The translations under genes were made by a program, and so were the position numbers. 64,000 bases of DNA, taken from positions 18,972,001-19,036,000 of the forward strand of contig OZ024752.1 in the NCBI GenBank assembly GCA_964016885.1, in the 5' to 3' direction. The notes under the pieces were generated by a model that had not been told where the DNA came from, made no database searches, and worked only from the letters and a program-made list of their open reading frames with translations. Of the stretch, positions 38,227 through 52,217 are shown in pieces (positions within the stretch are counted from its first letter, which is position 1; every line of letters begins with the position of its first letter). The stretch comes from Eledone cirrhosa. Taxonomy: Eukaryota.

Positions 38227-38554
38227 AGAACTTTCAAACAGCCAAAGGTTTGGAGATATATGAGAGGCATACTTAATAAGGAGGATGAGGAGTTAGAAAT
38301 GTATAGCATAGAGGACAACCGGGAACTCCTATGTGACTACTGAGGGTCACAGACAGTGGTTGAGGACAACTGGGAACTTGTATGAGACAACCTACTGATG
38401 GTCTCAGACCTAAGAGACTGACTTGGAAAGTCTGGTTATTGATAAAATAAAGTAGCAGTAATATACTAGGGCTGTTGTCATTGTTCTTTCCCTAAACATT
38501 TCTAGCCTTTTTGTCTGTTAGAAACAATTGTTATTGTTGTTCTTAGTTGTATTA

Positions 38555-39566
38555 TGTGACATAGTCATAGTATTAACTGTGACACAGTCATAGTATTAAC
38601 TGTGACATAGTCATAGTATTATCTGTAACAGTCATAGTATTAACTGTGACAGTCATAGTATTATCTGTGACACAGTCATAGTATTATCTGTGACACAGTC
38701 ATAGTATTAACTGTGACACAGTCATAGTATTAACTGTGACATAGTCATAGTATTATCTGTAACAGTCATAGTATTAACTGTGACAGTCATAGTATTTACT
38801 GTGACAGTCATAGTATTAACTGTGACACAGTCATAGTATTAACTGTGACACAGTCATAGTATTAACTGTGACAGTCATAGTATTTACTGTGACAGTCATA
38901 GTATTAACTGTGACAGTCATAGTATTAACTGCGACAGTCATAGTATTATCTGTGACACAGTCATAGTATTAACTGTGACACAGTCATAGTATTAACTGTG
39001 ACACAGTCATAGTATTAACTGTGACACAGTCATAGTATTAACTGTGACAGTCATAGTATTATCTGTGACACAGTCATAGTATTAACTGTGACACAGTCAT
39101 AGTATTAACTGTGACAGTCATAGTATTAACTGTGACACAGTCATAGTATTAACTGTGACAGTCATAGTATTAACTGTGACAGTCATAGTATTAACTGTGA
39201 CAGTCATAGTATTAACTGTGACAGTCATAGTATTAACTGTGACAGTCATAGTATTATCTGTGACACAGTCATAGTATTATCTGTGACACAGTCATAGTAT
39301 TAACTGTGACACAGTCATAGTATTAACTGTGACACAGTCATAGTATTAACTGTGACAGTCATAGTATTAACTGTGACAGTCATAGTATTATCTGTGACAC
39401 AGTCATAGTATTATCTGTGACACAGTCATAGTATTATCTGTGACACAGTCATAGTATTATCTGTGACACAGTCATAGTATTATCTGTGACACAGTCATAG
39501 TATTATCTGTGACACAGTCATAGTATTAACTGTGACAGTCATAGTATTAACTGTGACACAGTCATA
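38555..39566. repeat. 21/23-bp minisatellite tgtgac(ac)agtcatagtatta(a/t)c
   Basis: Roughly 45 tandem units are visible. Confidence 0.95.
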
Positions 39567-40504
39567 TTTCATTAAAGATCAGGTCTTTGGATTCACTTAT
39601 GCCACAACCATGAAAGTAATGTGATACATCCTTCCCACTTAGGTTGGTATCAAAAGAATAACAAATTTATCTGAAGCTGCCCCTGGTTCTGTGATACAAA
39701 GCTGTCTGTTTTACAATATTCATAATTATGTTAAAACCTTCTGTCGTTATTTTATGTATGAATAGTTTGTTATTATGTCCCAAACAACTTAATGACATGA
39801 AATATTAACCATTTTACCAAATTCCCCCAAATTTTGATTATTTCAAACAACTTAATGACATAAATTGTTAGTCATTTTACCAAATTCCTTCAAAATCTTG
39901 ATTATTAAAAGGAATTATCAAATCACACAAGCAGTAGATTTTCTTAGAAATATGATATGAAAAGGATTAACTACAGTAAAACTCCACATAGTAACAAATA
40001 CATTGTTTTCTCAGCTGGAATGTATGTATATATGGAGCAGTAACTCCTGGTGGAGCCATGGGGTGCTGTAGTGACATACAGCATGTTTGGGGTATTTTGA
40101 ACCTGGCAGAGCTCATCCCCTCTTTACAGATATGAACACAGTTAATTTCTTCTAAAGAAGGAGAGAAAGAGAAGAAGAATCTTGAAAGGATGAAATGCAA
40201 AGTTGACTCCAGGGACTTTAAAACTTTGAATACAGGAAGTAGGAATACTGCAAAGTAATTCTGTTTGATATTCTAACAACTTTGTCAATTTGTCACCTAG
40301 TATCTGCTGATTGCAGTTTTGTTTGCAGGATTCAGCCTTTCTGCCCCCGTGCCCTAAGCCTAAAGCCCAATCACCCCCCCCCCCCCCCTTCACCCCCCTC
40401 TCTTCTGCGACACTAGAGTTCTTGCCATCCCTCCTTCTTTTTCTTTCTTTTTCTTTCTTTTTCTCTTTTTTTTCTTTTGTTTCCTTTTCTGTTTTTTTTT
40501 TTTT

Positions 40505-40712
40505 TGGCAGTATCGGTAGAGAGTCAGACACCATGCTTTGCAGCATAGAGTTATGGCCCTTTACATTCTGAGTTCAAATCCCGCCGAGGTTAACTTTGCT
40601 TTTCTTCCTTACGGGGTCGATAAAATAAAGCACCAGTAACGTACTGGGGTCGATTTAATCGACTTTCCCTACCATATTACTGGCCTTGTGCCTATACTAG
40701 AAATCATTATTA
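40505..40712 (+). mobile_element. tRNA-derived SINE (family 1)
   Basis: tggcagtatcggtag...gagttcaaatcccgccgagg...ggccttgtgcc. Confidence 0.85.
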
Positions 40713-41584
40713 TTACTGTAAATAAAAATTAACATATTTAAAAAGAATAAATTATGAATGAGAATAACAGATTTAAGTATTTTCCTTCTTGCTAATAGTG
40801 AGAAACAGTTATTCAGCAGTAATACAATTGATTGACAAGATCCCAAACCTTGCTTACCAAGTGGGGTGGAACTAATCCACTCGGACCAAGGAAACAGTAT
40901 TTCTGTTGGTCTTTCCATTACTGATACTATCTACTAGTTGCAGCTCCTAGTAGAAAGAGCAGCATGAAATAAAGTGTCTTGCTCAGGACATAATGCAACA
41001 TGTAATCTGGAAATCCATCTCACAACCTCATGATTACGAATCCAATTTTCTAACCACTAAGTCACACGCCATCACTAGCAGTAACACAGTTTAGTATAAA
41101 TTTCTCCCCTTCCTGTAAAATTTAGCCTCAATCTTCCTTTTACCAGTTTACAAGATAGACTGTGTTGTTGATACAAAGTCTGGTATTTCTGATAAGAATT
41201 GTTGATAGAAGCTGATATTTGTCATGTATAAACAACATTGAACACTTGATGAGATTCAGTATATTCATCTGATTTATTATTATATACATAGGCACTATGA
41301 CAGTGAATTGGCAGTCTTTAGAACATCCGATAAAATGCTTTATTCATTCCAGCTCTCTGCTCGCTATGTTCAAATCCCACCGAGGTCAACTTTGCCTTTC
41401 ATTCTTTTGAGGTTGATATAAAAATGTACCAGTCTAATACTGGGGTGGATTCTTGCTCTTCTCACTTCCTTTCTCTCACTCTCTATCTTTCTCTAGAAAA
41501 GATTTGCTGCATTCAAACCTGGAGAGGAGATGGGCATTGCCAGGTTGTCAAATTGCCCAAGAAACACCATATGTCAATATAACG

Positions 41585-42730
41585 TACCATACCATACCAC
41601 ACCACACCATACCATACCATACCGTATCATACCATACCACACCACACCATACCGTATCATACCACACCACACCATACCATACCATACCACACCACACCAC
41701 ACCACACCATACCATACCATACCGTATCATACCATACCACACCACACCATACCGTATCATACCACACCACACCATACCATACCATACCACACCATACCAT
41801 ACCACACCACACCACACCACACCATACCATACCATACCGTATCATACCATACCACACCACACCATACCGTATCATACTACACCACACCATACCATACCGT
41901 ATCATACCGTATCACACCATACCACACCATACCATACCGTATCATACCACACCACACCACACCACACCATACCATACCATACCATACCGTATCATACCAT
42001 ACCACACCATACCATACCATACCACACCACACCATACCATACCGTATCATACCATACCACACCACACCATACCATATCATACCACACCACACCATACCAT
42101 ACCATACTGTATCATACCACACCACACCATACCATACCATACCGTATCATACCATACCACACCATACCATACCATACCGTATCATACCACACCACACCAC
42201 ACCATACCATACCATACCGTATCATACCACACCACACCACACCATACCATACCATACCGTATCATACCACACCACACCATACCATACCATACCGTATCAT
42301 ACCATACCATACCACACCGTATCACACCACACCATACCATACTATACCACACCATACCACACTGCACCATACCGTACCACACCATACCATACCATACCAC
42401 ACCGTATCACACCACACCATATCATACCATACCATACCGTACCATACCGTACCATACCATACAACACCATACCATACCACACCGTACCACACCACACCAT
42501 ACCATACTATACCACACCATACAACACCATACCATACCATACCGTACCGTACCATACCATACCACACCACACCACACCATACCACACCATACCACACTAT
42601 ACCATACTATACCATACCATACCACACCATACCACACCACACTATACCATACTATACCACACCATACCACACCATACCATACCATACTATACCACACCAT
42701 ACCATACCATACCACATCATACCACACCAC
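41585..42730. repeat. Pentanucleotide satellite (ACCAT/ACCAC/ACCGT/ATCAT variants)
   Basis: Directly visible; explains the HTIPY/VWYG pseudo-ORFs. Confidence 0.95.
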
Positions 42731-43359
42731 ATTGTCTTTCCATTGAACAACATCGGTGGCATGGAGAGGGGTGGCTGGTATGTATAGGTGATTGCAGGTC
42801 TTCCACAAACAACCTTGTCCAGACTTGTGCTCAGAGGGGAACTTTCTAGGTGCAAATCCCATGGTCATTGGTGACCAAAGGGGGTCTTTACATAGGCACT
42901 GGCAGGTCTGTGTTGTTAAGCAGTTTGCTTTGCAATCACATGGTTTCGAGCTCATTCCCACTGCATGACATCTTGAGCAAGTATCTTCTACTATAGCTTC
43001 AGGTTGACCAATGCTTTGTGAATGGAATTTGGTAAACAGAAATTGTGTAAGAGCCTATTGTTTGTCTGTGTGTATATATTATATTAGTAAGATCTCAACA
43101 CAAATGCATGCTACATAAGGTTTCATATTTCAACCAGTATAGGATGTAGGTCTTATATATATTTTGGCTCTCAACATTACATAGAACACTTTTTTCCCTT
43201 GATCTATTATTCAGAAACTCTTGCTGAAACAAGCATCACATGTGAATAAACGTAATGATATCCTGTTCCTACACGTTATTATTATTATTGTTTTCTCCTT
43301 TTCCTTCAGTATTGTTTCCGTTATATGCTGAGTGTCTTCCCAACACCTTGGGCAAAACA

Positions 43360-43406
<47 letters not shown>

Positions 43407-43917
43407 TATGCTACTGGAACTGCCCTTTATTCATCCAGTTTTCTTTTTGCTCCTGAAGAACGAAGGGCTGAAAAAAGTACATCGAGCTTATCTCATCTTA
43501 CCAATGAAAATAGTGAAGTACTACACTATAGCCTTATATATATATATATATTAATATATATGTGTGATGTACTGTTTACACTTACTGTTTGTATATATTT
43601 GGTAAGTTAGTGATTCAACAAAAAGAGATCAATATAACTCTATCTTATGAAAAAAAAAATACTTAGGTTGATTTGATCAACTAAATTCTTTCCAGGTGAT
43701 ACCTCAACATGGCTATTGTCTCATGACAGAAGCAAGTAAAAGAATAAACAAATATAGAATTAAAGATCTTATAACCTTTGTTATTTGTAAAAAATCTTGA
43801 GGACATATCAATGAAGATAATGATTAGAAGCTGTATGACAGTCTTTTATTGGGATTCATTTCATGTCATGTATTTGGAGTAATTCTCTTGCTTAAACCCA
43901 CAGAAGAAAATGCGCTC

Positions 43918-44335
43918 CATCATCATTGTTTTTACATCCATTTTTCCACACTTGCATGGGTTGGATGGGTCCTTCTCATCACACCATCTCTCCACTCACC
44001 GTGTTCCTTCATCTTCTCCCCTGTAAGTCTCAGCAATTTGAGGTCAGCTCTTACAATTTCTTCCCAGGTCTTACTTGATCTACCTTTACTGCAGTTTCCT
44101 TCCACTGCCATTTCCTGGCGTTTCATCACCCTTTGATCATCATCCTTGCGCATCACATATCTGTACCAATGCAGTCTTCTTTCCTGCACACTGCCTCAGA
44201 TCCCTCTTAAACCCAGCTTACATTGCACATCCAATGAAGCATGGTTGCTTCATTTCTCTCCAGTCTGCATGTCCTTTAGTCACTGCCCATGTTTCACTAC
44301 CATGTATCACACTTTGCATGCAAGCATCACACAGT
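43918..44335 (-). mobile_element. RTE LINE subfamily C 3' fragment (ORF runs into the terminal hairpin; no long UTR)
   Basis: QERRLHWYRYVMRKDD...KGRSSKTWEEIVRADL...RRTHPTHASVEKWM* followed by (GAT)n. Confidence 0.82.
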
Positions 44336-44776
44336 TGAGGAGATACCTTACAGTTTTTATATAAAATTATGTTTGTTTAAATTTAAATAAGAACCCATTA
44401 AAATGAGTAGTTTTGTTTTATAAAACCAGAACCTGTTTTGGCTGGGTTGGTAATAAAAGGGTTAAACCTTGTCAACCTACACAGCTATTAAAATAGTTAT
44501 GACATTTTAATTACCACGAGGGCAACAAAAAAAAAAAAAGGGCAGCTTTGGTTATAAAGGTTTTGCTTTTTATTGGGTACAAGAACAGCTTTGTAGAAAG
44601 GAGCTTCTAATCTATTAAGTTTATCAGCAGTATATTACAGTACATTTATCAACTTCACCCCAACTTAAAAGATGGATATTTAAATACAAGAAGATTAGGT
44701 AAAAACTATATACTATACAGTATCTATATTCTATCTAGCACTTATTGCTTTACACTAACTTAATGGCTTTTATCAT

Positions 44777-45700
44777 AATAATTGTTTCTACTTTTGGCAC
44801 AAGGCCAGCAATTACCCAGTACATTACTGGTACTTTATTTTATCGACCCCGTAAGGATGAAAGGCAAAGTGAACCTTAGAGGGATTTGAACTCAGATCAT
44901 AAAGGGACGTAACTATGCTGGAAAGCATGTCCGACCCTCTACCAATACTGCCAATTCACCTCCCTTTATAATAATAATAATTGTTTCTACTTTTGGCACA
45001 AGGCCAGCAATTACTCAGTGTATTACTGGTACTTTATTTTATCGACCCCATAAGGATGAAAGGCAAAGTTAACCTTGGAGGGATTTGAAATAATAATAAT
45101 AATAATAATAATTGTCTCTACTTTAGGCACAAGGCCAGCAATTACCCAGTGCATTACTGGTACTTTATTTTATCGACCCCGTAAGGATGAAAAGCAAAGT
45201 CAACCTCGGCGGGATTTGAACTCAGATCGTAAAGGGACGTAACTATGCTGGAAAGCATGGCGTCTGACCCTCTACTGATACTGCCAATCCACCGCCCTTT
45301 ATAATAATAATAATAATGATAATAATAATAATGGTTTCTTATATAGGCACAAGGCCAGCAATTTGGGGGAAGGAGAAAGTCAATGAAATCAGCCCTAGTA
45401 TGTTACTGGTGTTATATTTTATCGACCCTGTAAGAATGAAAGGCAAAGTTAACCTCGGCAGGATTTAAACTCACACCATAAAGGACCATAACTCTATGCC
45501 ACAAAGTATGTTTTCTGATGCTCTACTGATTCTGCCAATCCACCTGGTTTCTACTTTCAGCACAAAGACAGTAATTTGGGGGAGGGGAAAGTTGATTGTA
45601 TCAACTGCAGTATTCTACTGGTACTTTATTTTATTGACCCTGGACCTTGGCAGGATTTGAATTCAGAATGTAAAGGGCAGTAATTGAATGTTAAAAAGCA
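44777..45700 (-). mobile_element. Chain of five same-orientation family 1 SINEs separated by (TAA)n
   Basis: Copies at about 44777-44965, 44978-45088 (truncated), 45108-45297, 45330-45543 and 45545-45700. Confidence 0.85.
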
Positions 45701-46308
45701 TTTTGTTAAAGATTGCAAGAAACTAGAATTATTTTAATCCTTTCAATCCCAAACTTCCTGAAACAACTCCTGGTTTTACAATATAAAACTTAATATTTTA
45801 TAGTATTTGTTTATGTCTATAATAATAATGATAATGAAAATTATTGTGTACAGTGTTCAGGTGCACTACAACTCATCAAAGGTGCATGTATAGTACATAG
45901 AATAATGTAAAGATGTCAGGAAAGTGAACAGTGTATGAGTCATGATACATTCTAGCATAATTCTATGTAGGAACTTTTATCAAGTTCAATTATCGAATTT
46001 TTAAATAAACATCATGAAGACAAACTGGATATCCTTCATTAGCGAGTCTCTGGTCTTCTCTTTATAAATCTCACATTGTACACTAAACTAGCACTCTGTC
46101 CTGGCAGTTATTATTCAACTGATATCAGGTTGACTGATAAAATGAAAAGTCAGTCAATCATATTGATGGCCTCCCCACAGCCCCGGTGGACAGAATGGAG
46201 AAGGCGTTTCCCCGGAGGACGGCAAAGGAAGAGCCATTCCAACTTGCGAGGCTCACACCTATGGCTAGCCAGCATGCTTCAAACATCAGCTCAGTAATGA
46301 GAAAGTTA

Positions 46309-46685
46309 TTGTATATACTTGAATATAAGCTGATTTCAATATAAGTTGACCCTCTATTTTATTACCTGAGAAATAGGCAAAAATCCAAACCCTGTTTATA
46401 AGCCGAAGCAGGTAATCAACACATTGTTTAGAATTTAGTTTCACAACTCCACTACACAACGATATTTTACTGATTTCCAACCTTCTTTGAAGACCATATT
46501 CATTCAAAACATATAGAAAAACAATACAAAATATAAATTTCACATTGAAAATGAAACGGGTGTAATATTTACTTCCAAAACGAACATATTTAGATAGAAT
46601 TTTGAAGTTGGTGAAAATCAGCAAAATATTTTACCATTATTTATTTTTGTCACATATTTCTAGACTTATATACGTGTATATACGG
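46309..46685. mobile_element. Tc1/mariner (pogo-like) MITE with TA TSD
   Basis: TA-ttgtatatacttgaatataagc ... gacttatatacgtgtatatacgg-TA. Confidence 0.68.
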
Positions 46686-47095
46686 TAGTTATGTTACTAA
46701 ATCCTTCAAACTTTTTAATTATTTGGAAATCCTAGACAGTGCCTTTCGTTAAACATATGGTGACGAAAGAGTTAAGACGTTGGAATCTATGAGGAGAAAG
46801 AAGTGCAGATGTTCGGAATTTAATAAAAAGTATTTTTTTTTTTACTTTTAAATATTTTCTTTAAATCATTTTAGTGCCTGTATCAGCAGGTTAAACAGCT
46901 CCAGTCAATCATTTAATCACAAACTCCTCCTCTTTCATAGTTTTCTTTTACTGGTTTCACTCATGAAGTTGTAGCCATGCTGGGGTGCCACCTTGAGGAG
47001 ATTTTTGTCTTGTTTTTCCAGTCTTGTATTTATTTTATTGATCTCCTTTTCTCGAAGCACTAAGTTACAAGACATAAACAATAAATATATATAGA

Positions 47096-47126
<31 letters not shown>

Positions 47127-47287
47127 AATAGGTTACTACCTAGTTTTTGTCTACTAAATTCTACCTACAAGCAGGACTGAATTTATCAGGGGGTGGTGGG
47201 GGCAAATGCCTACACCCTCTGAACAGGGCCTCTTTATCCTTCTCTCTCTCTGTCTCTCTTCCAGCTTATGTATTTCTATGTATATAT

Positions 47288-48477
47288 CATCATCATCATT
47301 TTATGTCCGCTTTTCCCTGCTTGCAAGGGTGGGACGGGTCCAATTCAGCACAGCATCTCTCCACTTATCACGGTCCTTCGTCATCTCCGTGAGCTTCAGC
47401 AATCTGAGGTCTGCTCTTACCACCTCCGCCCATGTTTTTCGTGGTCTTTATCTACTGCATCTTCCTTCAACTGGCATTTCTTGGCATTTCTTTACCCAGC
47501 GGTCATCCTCCATGCGCATCACATGTCCATACCATCTCAGTCTTCTCTCCTGCACACTACAATTTATCCCTCTTATACTCAATTTCTCTCTCAACTCGTC
47601 TATGCTTAGTCATTCATGCATATTGACATTGCACATCCATCGGAGCAAGCTTGCTTCATTTCTCTTCAGCTGTCACATATCCTCTGCAGTTGCTGCCCAT
47701 GTCTCACTACCATGCAGCATCGTGCATCTCACACAGGCATCATATAACCGGCCTTTCGTATGCAGGGAGAAACCCTTCTTTGTTAACAGAGAGAGCAGCT
47801 CCTAAACTTCTTCCAACCCGTCCTTATTCTAGATACTATGGCCTCGGAACACCCCTCTCCCATGCTAATCTGATCATCTAGGTACCGGAACCGGAAGCTA
47901 TCAACCACTTCTATAACCCCCACCTGCATTTGAAAAATGTGTCTATCACTGCGACTTCTGTCAAATTTCCCTGTACATCTATTGCATAACTATTCTCCCT
48001 ACCTGTTAGTTTGCCTGCTATCTCACTACATCTCTTGTGTACCCAACATCTACATTGTGTACATTTTATAGAATTTATGCCAGTTCCTTTTCTGCATATC
48101 GAACATGGCCATTTCCCTGACGGAATCAGAGTTTTGTCCTCTTTTCTACTCATCAACATGTTTGTCTTAGCTACGTTCACTCTCAGTCCTCTTGATTCCA
48201 ACTGCTGTTTCCATAGCCAGAATTTATTCTCTAGCTCCTCTACTGATTCTGCTATAAGAACCAAATCGTCAGAAGTTCCCATGGACAGCCAGTCTTAAAC
48301 TCATCTGTTATGGTTTGGAGGACTATAATGAACAAGAGCGGGCTGAGGACCGAACCCTGATGTACTCCTACTTGTATCTGGAATTCCTCACTAAACTCCA
48401 TTCCTACTCTCACTTTACTGACAGCACCTCTGTACAAAGCTTGCACTGTCCTCACAAGCCATTCCTCTACACCTAGG
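47288..48477 (-). mobile_element. RTE LINE subfamily C, 5'-truncated and frameshifted
   Basis: GVHQGSVLSPLLF, GCPWELL, DDLVLIAES and the PHD segment WPCSICRKG..CTQCRCWVHKRCS; 3' end cgtcccacccttgcaagcagggaaaagcggac then (GAT)n. Confidence 0.87.
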
Positions 48478-48683
48478 TAAAATCTCGATCATTGCTGAAC
48501 ACAAGAGCCGAAACTGCTTGCTACCATGGTTGGGATTTTACCTATCTCTCTACCCACTCAACATCTCTCCATGTATTGAGTACTCCCATGATTAGTGGTC
48601 TCTTTGGTCTCAGTATCGCAGACTCCCCCCTCTCCCCCTCTCCCCACCCCACCCCTCTCTTTATATATATATATATATAATTA

Positions 48684-49217
48684 CATCATCACTGTTTAAT
48701 GTCCATGATTCCAAGCTAGCATGGGTTAGACGAGTTGTCCTGTTGGGAACAATGCCAGGTCAGGTGACCATATCTTGCTTATACAGAACTGATTTTGGCT
48801 TGGTTTCTACAGCTGGATGCCCCCTCCTAGCGCCAACTTCATCTACAGTGAGTACTGGGTGCTGTTTTGCTGTGACACCTACACTACCACTCTACAGTGA
48901 GTACTGGGTGCTGTTTTGCTGTGACACCTACATTACCACTCTACAATGAATACTGGGTGCTTTTTTGCTGTGACACCTACACTACCACTCTACAGTGAAT
49001 ACTGGGTGCTTTTTTGCTGTGACACCTACACTACCACTCTACAATGAATACTGGGTGCTGTTTTGCTGTGACACCTACACTACCACTCTACAGTGAGTAC
49101 TGGGTGCTTTTTTACTGTGACACCTACACTACCACTCTACAGTGTGAGCTGTTGCTTTTTTGCCATGACACCTACACGAGCACTTTACAGAGTGGGCTGG
49201 GTGCCTTTTTGCTGTGT

Positions 49218-49222
<5 letters not shown>
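48684..49222 (-). mobile_element. RTE-B-type 3' UTR element with internal 49-bp unit amplified about 7-8 times
   Basis: The tail is homologous to 10600-10758; unit ctacagtgagtactgggtgctgttttgctgtgacacctacactaccact. Confidence 0.8.
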
Positions 49223-49300
<78 letters not shown>

Positions 49301-49919
49301 ATATGAGGGGCCCACAAAAACTTAACTGAAACCCTCCCCACAGGTCTAAATTTGCTCCTGCCCACAAGGCATTAGTCAGCCTGAGGTTATAGTATAGAAC
49401 CTTTACCCAAGGTAACATGCAGTGGTATTGGGATAAAACAACATGTGGCAACAGAACAAACCTGTTAGTCACACAGCCATGCTATCCAGTATTTCAGAAC
49501 CACATAGTCTGGGTGTTAGTACCGAAAATGTAGAATCCCACAGAACGTTAAATGGTAAAATATGTGTTATTTTGTGTGTATATGATCTAGTGCGTCTGAA
49601 TTGCTGGACATACATATTTACTTTTACTTACTTAGATATGGAATGTTACGCGAGGTTTGGAGGCTGCACAAAAGCAGGCAAGGCGGTGCTGGTCGAGCTG
49701 GCACGTGAACCTGTCTGAGGCCAGGCTGCACTGGATGGCATCCCAAGTGCTTTGGGGGGAGGGGGACTTGACGACAACAGGGGGAGAAGGAGGAGGGACG
49801 TCTACTGGGCTAAGTCCCAGCCGGTCCCACATCTCTAAGTTGTAGTACCGTTATAAATTTCACACAATATTGTTTCACTTAAACAATTGCAAAGTAGGAA
49901 CATGGAAATTGTAGAAGAC

Positions 49920-49983
<64 letters not shown>

Positions 49984-50097
49984 TTCTGTTGTTAATGGTT
50001 TTCTTTTTAAATTGCGGAGTCAAATAACTAAATACCAGTCTCTAATGGAACAACAATGCAACGATGGTTTCTATTTCAATAAACAATGGTTCTTAAA

Positions 50098-51030
50098 TGG
50101 TGTGGTGATGGTGGTGGTAGTTGTGGTGGTGGTGGTAGTTGTGGTAGTGGTAGTTGTGGTAGTGGTAATGGTGGTAGTTGTGGTGGTGGTGATGGTGGTA
50201 ATTTGTGGTAGTGGTAGTGGTGGTAGTTGTGGTGGTGGTGGTGCTGATGGTGGTAGTTGTGGTAGTGGTAATGGTGGTAATTGTGGTGGTGGTAGTGGTA
50301 GTAGTTGTAGTTGTGGTGGTGCTGTGGTCGTAGTTATGATGGTGGTAGTTGTGGTAATGGTGGTTGTTGTGGTGGTGGTGATGGTGGTAGTTGTGGTAGT
50401 GGTGATGGTGGTAGTTGTGGTGATGGTGGTAGTTGTGGTGATGGTGGCAGTTGTGGTGATGGTAGTTGTGGTGGTGGTGGTAGTTGTGGTAGTAGTAATG
50501 GTGATGGTGGTAGTTGTGGTAGTGGTAGTTGTGGTAGTGGTAATGGTGGTAGTTGTGGTGGTGGTGGTGGTGATGGTGGTAGTTGTGGTAGTGGTAGTTG
50601 TGGTAGTGGTAATGGTGGTAGTTGTGGTGGTGGTGGTGGTGATAGTTGTGGTAGTGGTAATGGTGGTAGTTGTGGTGGTGGTGATGGTGGTAATTTGTGG
50701 TAGTGGTAGTTGTGGTAGTTGTGGTGGTGGTGGTGCTGATGGTGGTAGTTGTGGTAGTGGTAATGGTGGTAATTGTGGTAGTGGTAGTGGTTGTAGTTGT
50801 GGTGGTGCTGTGGTCGTAGTTATGATGGTGGTAGTTGTGGTAATGGTGGTTGTTGTGGTGGTGGTGATGGTGGTAGTTGTGGTAGTGGTGATGGTGGTAG
50901 TTGTGGTGATGGTGGTAGTTGTGGTGCTGATGGTGGTAGTTGTGGTAGTGGTAATGGTGATAATTGTGGTGGTGGTGGTGGTGATGGTGGTAGTTGTGGT
51001 AGTGGTAGTGGTTGTAGTTGTGGATGGTGT
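50098..51030. repeat. Degenerate (GGT/AGT/GAT) trinucleotide array with an internal ~486 bp duplication
   Basis: The rare motif gctgtggtcgtagttatgat recurs 486 bp apart (ORF starts 50311 and 50797). Confidence 0.9.
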
Positions 51031-51196
51031 TGGTATATATTATAGTTTCCAAAGCCCTTATCTTTAACACCAGCCATGGGCACCCTAGTCCTCAGGCTAC
51101 AACTGACCCCGTTTACTTTTCTGAATGGCACAACTAATTATTTCAGTAGAACGGCCTGCCTTATCTCGTCTGTGCTATAGCTTGGAAAACACTTGC

Positions 51197-51836
51197 TCAT
51201 ACCTGTTCTATGCCATACCTCTTCTATGCCATACCTCTTCTATGCCATACCTCTTCTATGCCATACCTGTTCTATACCATACCTGTTCTATGCCATACCT
51301 GTTCTATGCCATACCTGTTCTATGCCATACCTGTTCTATGCCATACCTCTTCTATGCCATACCTCTTCTATGCCATACCTCTTCTATGCCATACCTGTTC
51401 TATGCCATACCTGTTCTATGCCATACTTGTTCTGTCATACCTGTTCTATGCCATACCTGTTCTATGCCATACCTGTTCTATACCATACCTGTTCTATGCC
51501 ATACCTGTTCTATACCATACCTGTTCTATGCCATACCTGTTCTATGCCATACTTGTTCTGTCATACTTGTTCTATGCCATACCTGTTCTATACCGTACCT
51601 GTTCTATACCGTACCTGTTCTATGCCATACCTGTTCTATACCATACCTGTTCTATGTCATACTTGTTCTATGCCATACCTGTTCTATGTCATACCTGTTC
51701 TATGCCATACTTGTTCTATGTCATACTTGTTCTATGCCATACCTGTTCTATGCCATACCTGTTCTATACCATACCTGTTCTATGTCATACTTGTTCTATG
51801 CCATACCTGTTCTATGTCATACCTGTTCTATGCCAT
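51197..51836. repeat. 16-bp minisatellite ccatacctgttctatg
   Basis: About 40 tandem units. Confidence 0.95.
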
Positions 51837-52217
51837 AGTGGTGTCGGTGGTGGTGGTGTCGGTGTTGGTGGTGGTGTCGGTAATGGTGTTGGTGGTGGCG
51901 TTGGTATGGTGGTGGTGGTAGTGGTGTCAGCAGTGGTGGTGTAGGTAGTGATGGTTGTGTAGGTAGTGTGCTAGTGGTGGTGGTCGTCGTGTTGGTAGTG
52001 GTGGTGGTGGTGTTGGTGGTTGTTGTATTAGTAGTGGTGGTGGTGTCGGTTGTGTTGGTAGTGGTGGTGGTGGTGTCGATGGTGGTGGTGGTGGTGGTAG
52101 TGGTGGTGTCGGTGGTGGTAGTGGTGGTGTCGGTAGTGTCAGTGGTGGTGGTGGTGATGTCGGTGTTGGTGTTGGTGGTCGTGTTGGTGGTGGTGGTGAT
52201 TGTGTTGGTAGTGGTGG

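Noticed and set aside
39967-40200. Possible exon near 40014-40140 (ttgttttctcag acceptor-like)
   Set aside because: All + frames stop within about 40 codons, with no recognisable homology or clear donor.
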